Assembly (NCBI GenBank): GCA_043751755.1
Contig: JAYUZN010000717.1
Coordinates: 1-35,424, forward strand
Direction of reading: 5' to 3'
DNA length: 35,424 nt
DNA from: Bacteroidota bacterium
GTDB taxonomy: Bacteria > Bacteroidota > Bacteroidia > J057
The first letter of the stretch is position 1; every line of letters starts with the position of its first letter. The position numbers and the translations under genes are program-made. Under the pieces are notes generated by a model that was not told where the DNA came from, made no database searches, and saw only the letters and a program-made list of their open reading frames with translations. Below, one piece after another: positions 1-5,645 of this stretch.

Positions 1-99
1 ACGAAAAACAAGAGGGGGAGTGGGCATGTTTTTTTTCTATAAATATCGCGTCCCTACGGGACTATAAAACCGTCAAGTTATTTTATTTTCATTCCTAAG
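1..99. repeat. partial copy (one arm) of the TATAAATAT/GTCCCTACGGGAC element
   Basis: Aligns with 395-499 and with the reverse complement of 9306-9418. It shares 'TTTTCTATAAATATCGCGTCCCTACGGGACTAT' and the '...AAGTTATTT...TTTCATTCC' tail. Confidence 0.7.
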
Positions 100-249
100 A
101 TAAAACTCCCGCTTTACTTCCTCTTTGAGTTTGATGAGTTCTACCATATGCGACCACGAACATTGTTGCGACAGTGTCGCAACAATCTGTGAATAAGGGT
201 TTCTTGCATAAACCTAAATCATGCCCTTATTTTATTTTCGTTCCCAACA

Positions 250-499
250 AAAAAGGATTGACAAATGAATAACTTGACAATTTCGTTATAGCAGCCATTT
301 CAGGTATTTCTTAGTTCGGCAGGCTCACTACGAGTGGTGCAGTAGGCGCGAAATATTTATAGAAAATGGAACCTCCTCCCCAATTTATCACTTTTTTCGT
401 GCAAGCACTAAAAACAAGGGGGGGCAGGCATATTTTTTCTATAAATATCCCGTCCCTACGGGACTATCAAAGTGTAGCAAGTTATTTAATTTTCATTCC
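250..499. repeat. composite ~250-bp palindromic element (two arms head-to-head around TTTTCGTGCAAGCAC)
   Basis: The left arm (250-395) is the reverse complement of the variant at 9416-9534. The right arm (395-499) matches the 1-99 type. Both arms carry 'TTCTATAAATAT'. Confidence 0.7.
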
Positions 500-591
500 A
501 AATCGCTAAAATTTTCGCAAGCTTTGTAACATTTTCTTATTTTGGCTACTTATTATTTAGATATTTGTCTAAATATTGAAATCTATGTATT

Positions 592-855
592 ATGAACACA
601 TTATTCAAAGCTCTTAATGACGCTACTCGACGGCAAATCTTGGAAATGCTGCGGCAGGGCGACCTTACAGCAGGGGAAATAGCTGATGCTTTTGACATGA
701 CAAAACCGAGTATCTCTCACCATTTGGATTTGCTGCGGCAGGCAGAATTGGTGGTGAGCGTGAGAAAAGGGCAGTTTATTTATTACTCATTGAATATGAG
801 TGTTTTGGAGGGGCTGTTAGAGTGGATTATGAAGTTTAAACCCGATAACAGTTAG
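592..855 (+). CDS. ArsR/SmtB-family winged-helix transcriptional regulator (SdpR-like)
   Basis: 87 aa. It has the typical ArsR HTH core 'LNDATRRQILEMLRQGDLTAGEIADAFDMTKPSISHHLDLLRQAELV'. An SdpI-family membrane protein lies directly downstream. Confidence 0.85.
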   Translation: MNTLFKALNDATRRQILEMLRQGDLTAGEIADAFDMTKPSISHHLDLLRQAELVVSVRKGQFIYYSLNMSVLEGLLEWIMKFKPDNS

Positions 856-888
856 CAGTGAACAGTTAGCAGTGAACAGTTAGCAGTT
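847..888. repeat. 3 tandem copies of the 14-mer AACAGTTAGCAGTG
   Basis: The units are 847-860, 861-874 and 875-888. The first copy contains the TAG stop of the ArsR gene. Confidence 0.9.
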
Positions 889-947
889 ATTTCTCATTTT
901 TCATTTCTTATTTCTCATTTTTCATTTTTCATTTCTCAATTTTATTT
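889..947. repeat. T-rich word repeat (ATTTCTCATTTTTC-type) forming the SdpI leader
   Basis: 'ATTTCTCATTTTTCATTTCTTATTTCTCATTTTTCATTTTTCATTTCTCAATTTTATTT' runs up to the ATG at 951. Confidence 0.8.
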
Positions 948-950
948 ACA

Positions 951-1616
951 ATGAAAACAACAACTTTAAAAGAACTTATTTTGGGAATCCTTATCTTGAT
1001 TCCTGTTGTGTATTTGGCGATGCAATGGGGAAATATCCCCGAAATTGTGCCTACGCATTGGGGCATAGACGGCAAAGTAAATGGATTTAGTTCCAAAAAC
1101 ACCTTGCTCGGACTTGTGTTAGGTTTGCCTATTTTGGTTTATCTTATTTTGCGTTTTGCTCCCAAAATAGACCCCAAAAAAGAAAATTATGCGATATTTG
1201 GGGAAACCTATTATCGGTTACGTTTGGTGTTAGGCATTTTTATGTGCTTTGTTATATTTGCTATTTTGTATGGAAGCCAGCATCCTGAAAATAATTTTAT
1301 GTCAAAATGGGTTTTAGTCGGAGTAAGCCTTCTCTTGGCTGCTATTGGCAATTATCTCCCTACCCTAAAACCGAACTGGTTTGCAGGAATACGCACGCCT
1401 TGGACGCTTTCTAATGAAGAAGTCTGGCGCAAAACGCATCAATTCGCAGGGAAAATATGGTTTTGGGGCGGAATCGTAAGCGCCATTTTGGGCGCAATCT
1501 TGCCCGAAACCTATGCCTTTTATGGCTTTCTGGGAATCGTTTTGGGCATTACACTTTTTCCTATATACTATTCGTATCGGGTCTTTCGCAAGAAGGCAGA
1601 GGGAATTGAAAATTGA
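951..1616 (+). CDS. SdpI/YhfL-family integral membrane protein (DUF1648 + SdpI-like)
   Basis: 221 aa with multiple hydrophobic helices. The motif 'NWFAGIRTPWTLSNEEVWRKTH' is typical of the SdpI immunity/signal-transduction family. It is paired with the ArsR-type gene. Confidence 0.7.
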   Translation: MKTTTLKELILGILILIPVVYLAMQWGNIPEIVPTHWGIDGKVNGFSSKNTLLGLVLGLPILVYLILRFAPKIDPKKENYAIFGETYYRLRLVLGIFMCFVIFAILYGSQHPENNFMSKWVLVGVSLLLAAIGNYLPTLKPNWFAGIRTPWTLSNEEVWRKTHQFAGKIWFWGGIVSAILGAILPETYAFYGFLGIVLGITLFPIYYSYRVFRKKAEGIEN

Positions 1617-1652
1617 AAATGGCTAACTATTCCGCTTGCAGATAAAATCACC

Positions 1653-1697
1653 GCAGATTTTCACAGATTAGACTTTTGTTTATCTGTGTTAATCTGC
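1653..1697. repeat. GCAGAT-family hairpin
   Basis: 'GCAGATTTTCACAGAT...ATCTGTGTTAATCTGC' has imperfect inverted arms. Confidence 0.6.
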
Positions 1698-1715
1698 GCT
1701 ATCCTAACTAATTTT

Positions 1716-1783
1716 CAACTTTCAACTTTCAACTTTCAACTTTCAACTTTCAACTTTCAACTTTCAACTTTCAACTTTCAATT
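1716..1783. repeat. tandem heptamer CAACTTT x9 plus a partial unit
   Basis: Unit starts are at 1716, 1723, 1730, 1737, 1744, 1751, 1758, 1765 and 1772, with a partial unit at 1779. The repeat overlaps the stop at 1778-1780 of the minus-strand lipoprotein gene. Confidence 0.95.
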
Positions 1784-2614
1784 AACTCGAAACCCTTGCC
1801 AAGCCCTTTTTTCAATGTCAAAAAGCCAAATAATGCGATTGGCGAAGGCAAAGTTGAAATTGCGCTGCGTAGGAGCCTCTGCGGGCAGCTGAATCGTGCC
1901 TGTAAATTCGCCTGTATTTTTTTGGAATAAATATACTTTTTTTCCTTGAAAATCTAATAGGGCGATTTCACCCCCCACAATGCCTGTATAGGCTATCACA
2001 TTTTCGTTGATGCCATAACTTTCGGGCATGGATTTGAGGACGTAGTCGCCAAGTGCCTCGCCTGTTTTGTGATTGAAACGGTAGATTGCGCCTTCATGAA
2101 ACATGAGAATTTCATCGGAATCATTGTCTAAGGTCGCTACAGCTTGTGCGTCTGGCTTTTTGAGGTCTTCTATGAGGATTTCGGTTTCGTAGGGAATGCC
2201 ATTATTGAAAACATAGCGTACAATCGGCTCTTTTCCAAAGCCATTTGCCTCTAATTCTTGCGTTTTGGGGTTGTACCACAAACCGCGAATGTCGGTGTTT
2301 ACTTTGAGGGCTTCGCCTACAGCTTTTCCTTTTTCATCGAAGGCTTGCAAAGGGAAGTATTTGTTTCCTGCAAAAGCAGCATAATATCTTTTATTTTTGC
2401 TCACAAAAGCTACGCCACCGCCATTGTAGCCGTCTCCTTCGGGCATTTGAAGGGAAAACGCGTATTGTGCTTTGAGTTGATGCGAAACCTTGACTACCGT
2501 AGAAGTCGTGCGGCAGGCAGATAGGCACAAGAGGAAAATGGCTAACAGTTCAAAAACCAATTTATGAGTAAATGCTTTTTTAAAAATCGTCCCACTATCT
2601 AAATTTGCCAACAT
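1778..2614 (-). CDS. hypothetical lipoprotein
   Basis: The ORF is 1778-2674. I chose the internal ATG at 2614, which gives 'MLANL...LLAIFLLCLSAC' with a signal peptide and lipobox (LSAC). I recognise no family. Confidence 0.55.
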   Translation of the reverse strand: MLANLDSGTIFKKAFTHKLVFELLAIFLLCLSACRTTSTVVKVSHQLKAQYAFSLQMPEGDGYNGGGVAFVSKNKRYYAAFAGNKYFPLQAFDEKGKAVGEALKVNTDIRGLWYNPKTQELEANGFGKEPIVRYVFNNGIPYETEILIEDLKKPDAQAVATLDNDSDEILMFHEGAIYRFNHKTGEALGDYVLKSMPESYGINENVIAYTGIVGGEIALLDFQGKKVYLFQKNTGEFTGTIQLPAEAPTQRNFNFAFANRIIWLFDIEKRAWQGFRVN

Positions 2615-3006
2615 ATTTTGAAAAATATTAAAGTTATGCCACAAAGATACAAAATAACTACCATTTTTCCACAAAATTCAGCTATTTTTTTTTTGCTAAA
2701 CGGTGGTACTCGGCAATATATATGTTAGTGGTGTTTTTCTCTTTTTTCTACGCATGGACTTTGTTTGTAGTCACTTGAATACAATAGCTTGAAAACATTC
2801 CACCTCTACGGCTTCTCCATTATGAAGAACTTTATCCAAGAAAGAAACATTTCTGAACAGGACATTCAAGATGCAATTCATTCCTTATTCCTTCGCTTTT
2901 AAAAATCTGTAGCGTTTTCAGTATTAATGGTAAATAATAGACAAATATCTGAAATGTTAGGAAGTATTCCAAATACTTTGCGTTTTCTAAGGATAAAAAT
3001 AAGGCG

Positions 3007-3014
3007 TATCTTTG
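3007..3014 (+). promoter_or_regulatory. Bacteroidetes-type -7 box TATCTTTG upstream of ddl
   Basis: Matches the TAnnTTTG consensus. The 100-bp GCAGAT palindromic element lies between it and the ATG at 3143. Confidence 0.45.
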
Positions 3015-3027
3015 CGCTTCATTTCAT

Positions 3028-3129
3028 GCAGAGTTGAGCAGATGGGGACGCAGATTTGGCACTTCGGCTACGCTCAGTGTCCAAATCTGCTCAACTCTGC
3101 GGTTAAATCTGCTCAACTCTGCGTGAACC
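3028..3129. repeat. GCAGAT-family palindromic element with TTCGGCTACGCTCA core
   Basis: The outer arm 'GCAGAGTTGAGCAGAT' (3028-3043) pairs with 'ATCTGCTCAACTCTGC' (3085-3100, repeated at 3107-3122). There are inner arms 'GCAGATTTGGCACT/AGTGTCCAAATCTGC'. The element ends with 'CTGCGTGAACC', 14 nt before the ddl ATG. Confidence 0.85.
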
Positions 3130-3142
3130 TAAACACTTACAT

Positions 3143-4216
3143 ATGCGCACAATCGCCTTAATGTTTGGCGGCAAATCGCCCGAACACGACATCTCTATTC
3201 GTTCTGCCCGCAATATTTATGGGGCAATAGATAAAAATAGCTTTCAAATAATGCTGCTCGGCGTGGGCAGAAGTGGAAAATGGTATGAAATACAAGTAGC
3301 TGATTTTGAAGCAGATGACTTTGAAATTGACGAAAAAGGTTCTCCTTTATCCCTCATTCCTGGCGTACCAACAGGGCAGCTACATCGCTTGACAGATGGC
3401 GCAATTTTGCCCCATATAGAAGCTGTTTTTCTCATTATTCATGGACCAAATGGCGAAGATGGCACGATTCAAGGCTTACTTTCGCAGCTCAATCTGCCTT
3501 TTACGGGACCGGGAGTTATGGCTTCTGCCATTGCGATGGACAAAGATGTGTGCAAAAGGCTCTTTTTGCAAGCAGGCTTGTTGTCTGCGAATGCCCTGAT
3601 TTTTCAGCGACACGAGTTGGATAGCATTGATTATGCCGCAGTTTGCAACAAATTAGGCAGCCCTGTTTTCATCAAACCTGCCAATATGGGTTCGTCGGTA
3701 GGCGTGAGCAAAGCCACAAATGCCGCCGAATTTGTCCGAGCAGTTTCCCTTGCTTTTCAGTTTGATAGCAAGATTTTGATAGAAGAAATGTTGGTAGGCA
3801 GAGAATTAGAGTGTGCTGTTTTGGGAAATGAATGCCCCGAAGCGAGCGGCGTAGGCGAAGTTGTGGTACTGCGCGGCTTTTATGATTATGAAAGTAAATA
3901 TCTGACAGATGCCGCAAAAACCATTATTCCTGCGGAAAATATATCCGAATCTGCCCTGCTCAAAATCCGTATGGTCGCCCGTCAAGCCTACGAGGTCTTA
4001 GGCTGCGAAGGCTTGGCAAGGGTAGATATGTTCTTGACGGCAGAGGAGGACGTATATATAAATGAAATCAATACTTTGCCGGGTTTCACCTCTATCAGCA
4101 TGTATCCGAAGTTATGGGAGGCAGAAGGACTTGCTTATCCCAAATTAATTGAGGAGTTGATAGCCTTAGCGATTGCGCGCAAAGAACGGGAAGATGGCTT
4201 GCAAAGAAGTAGGTAG
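3143..4216 (+). CDS. ddl: D-alanine--D-alanine ligase
   Basis: 357 aa. The N-terminus 'IALMFGGKSPEHDISIRSA', the ATP-grasp core and 'EINTLPGFTSISMYPKLW' are diagnostic of Ddl. Confidence 0.95.
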   Translation: MRTIALMFGGKSPEHDISIRSARNIYGAIDKNSFQIMLLGVGRSGKWYEIQVADFEADDFEIDEKGSPLSLIPGVPTGQLHRLTDGAILPHIEAVFLIIHGPNGEDGTIQGLLSQLNLPFTGPGVMASAIAMDKDVCKRLFLQAGLLSANALIFQRHELDSIDYAAVCNKLGSPVFIKPANMGSSVGVSKATNAAEFVRAVSLAFQFDSKILIEEMLVGRELECAVLGNECPEASGVGEVVVLRGFYDYESKYLTDAAKTIIPAENISESALLKIRMVARQAYEVLGCEGLARVDMFLTAEEDVYINEINTLPGFTSISMYPKLWEAEGLAYPKLIEELIALAIARKEREDGLQRSR

Positions 4217-4238
4217 GGTTGGGCTGGTTTCGGTCTGT

Positions 4239-4277
4239 AATAGAGTGGCTCACTTTTAAAAAGTGAACCACTCTATT
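4239..4277 (+). terminator. AGAGTGGCNCACTTTT hairpin-family copy after ddl (putative terminator), followed by a second hairpin at 4285-4307
   Basis: 'TAATAGAGTGGCTCACTTTT-AAA-AAGTGAACCACTCTATTA' has a stem of about 18 bp and starts 23 nt after the ddl stop. There is no clear U-tract. Confidence 0.5.
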
Positions 4278-4482
4278 ATAAAAAAGGCTGCTCACTATGA
4301 GCAGCCTAAGAGGAATGTCTTTTCGGTTAATATTGTCTTATCGCTAAAAATGAGACGAATAAAGGTCGGTTCTAAGAACGGAGTAGGAGGTTTTTGTTGA
4401 GGAAGAAGGAAAGAAAGAAGCTACTTATTGTTAGGTTCAGTCCCAGATACTTTCTTCTGTTCACTGCTAACTGATGACTGCA

Positions 4483-5001
4483 TCAGGCTTGTGCCACAAA
4501 GGTGCTGCCACTTGGGTTCATCAATACTGCCACGAGTTGCGAGAAAAGGTCTTGGGAATCAGTAGGTTGCATTGCCAACAAATCGGAATAATGCGAGGCT
4601 TGTTGGTCGTACTCATCTACTAATTTCTTGCCTTTTTTGGTCAAAGTAATCAACACAGAACGTCTGTCTTCTTTGGAATTAACCCTTTTGATAAGCCCCA
4701 TTTCTTCGATTTTATCGACCAAACTGGTGAGGGTACTGAACTTAATGCCAAAAGTTTCGCCGATATGTTTCATTTTTTGTGCGCCGTTCTTGTCCACATA
4801 TAAAATAATTTCCATTTCGGTTTCAGTGATGTCATACAGATGTCTTATGTAGCTTTGATGCTGTCTGAATGCATCACGTAAGGTAAGCAATTGCTGCTTG
4901 ATTGCCGAAATTCTTTCGGACATGCCGTTTGATACGAGGTCATGTGTCATATTTTGTACTAAATTAAAGGTTGATGTGTTGGTCCGAGATTGGTCTATCA
5001 T
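4483..5001 (-). CDS. MarR-family transcriptional regulator
   Basis: It has a winged HTH 'MKHIGETFGIKFSTLTSLVDKIEEMGLIKRVNSKEDRRSVLITLTKKGKKL'. The start is uncertain: ATG at 5001 or ATG at 4950. The track start at 5151 is a TTG with an implausible N-terminus. Confidence 0.75.
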   Translation of the reverse strand: MIDQSRTNTSTFNLVQNMTHDLVSNGMSERISAIKQQLLTLRDAFRQHQSYIRHLYDITETEMEIILYVDKNGAQKMKHIGETFGIKFSTLTSLVDKIEEMGLIKRVNSKEDRRSVLITLTKKGKKLVDEYDQQASHYSDLLAMQPTDSQDLFSQLVAVLMNPSGSTFVAQA

Positions 5002-5013
5002 TAGTTGCCGCTG

Positions 5014-5021
5014 CAAATATA
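5014..5021 (-). promoter_or_regulatory. -7 box TATATTTG upstream of the MarR gene
   Basis: TAnnTTTG on the minus strand, 12 nt from the ATG at 5001 and 63 nt from the ATG at 4950. Confidence 0.4.
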
Positions 5022-5287
5022 CGAATATTTTTATAAAACTATACAAATATGTAGGTTTTTTTTCATTTTTTTTATAATGTGGTTTTCCCAAAAAAACGAA
5101 TAAGCAAAATGTTAGGTAATGTGAAAGATATGTTGAAGGACAATTCGGCAAACCACACGAACATAAGGTACAAATTTGGGCAGTTTCTTTTTATTTAACA
5201 TACACAAGCAAATTTGTACAAATATATAACGTACAAAACAGGAAAATTAGTTGTTTATATGGAAAAATATACGCAAAATGCCGGGAA

Positions 5288-5338
5288 TTTTCCTTTAAAC
5301 AGGTCATTTCTTCAAGAAATGACCTGTTTAAAGGAAAA
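5288..5338. repeat. long hairpin element AAACAGGTCATTTCT (family copy 1)
   Basis: 'TTTTCCTTTAAACAGGTCATTTCT-TCA-AGAAATGACCTGTTTAAAGGAAAA' has a stem of about 24 bp. A second copy lies at 29246-29306. Confidence 0.8.
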
Positions 5339-5452
5339 TCTTAACCCTACAAACGGGTATAATCCTCCTGTTTGGTTGAGTTTTTGACGGGGAGTTGTGA
5401 ACTATGCTCACGATAAAAAAAGACATTCTTTCCGATATTCCATTTTTTTCCG

Positions 5453-5460
5453 TATTTTTG
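5453..5460 (+). promoter_or_regulatory. -7 box TATTTTTG upstream of the T9SS cargo gene
   Basis: TAnnTTTG, 185 nt upstream of the ATG at 5646. The leader would contain a GC hairpin (5512-5545) and CAACTYT repeats. Confidence 0.35.
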
Positions 5461-5590
5461 CAGATACTTAGATAACGATATTAGGACTTGGTAAGCCCAT
5501 TTAAGGTTAATAGGGGGGCGCACCTTTGAAAGCTGCGCCCCCCTGCAAACCTACCAATACATTATGTCGTCATCAAACTATGCGTTTTTC

Positions 5591-5620
5591 CAACTCTCAA
5601 CTTTCAACTTTCAACTACAT
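5591..5620. repeat. CAACTYT word repeat upstream of the T9SS cargo gene
   Basis: 'CAACTCTCAACTTTCAACTTTCAACT'. Confidence 0.7.
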
Positions 5621-5645
5621 ACAAGATTTTAATGCATATTTTTTT

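Noticed and set aside
1686-1892. 68-aa ORF 'FQLSTFNFQLSTFN...'
   Set aside because: It is only the translation of the CAACTTT heptamer array and overlaps the 3' end of the minus-strand gene. There is no start context and no protein-like composition.
2821-2901. 26-aa ORF 'MKNFIQERNISEQDIQDAIHSLFLRF' in the 470-bp spacer upstream of ddl
   Set aside because: It is too short, has no recognisable family and no supporting signals. It could be a gene remnant, but I cannot support that from the sequence.
5526-5645. N-terminal extension of the T9SS cargo ORF (track start at 5526)
   Set aside because: The extension starts at a TTG inside a GC hairpin and translates repeat DNA ('SQLSTFN'). The ATG at 5646 gives a canonical signal peptide.
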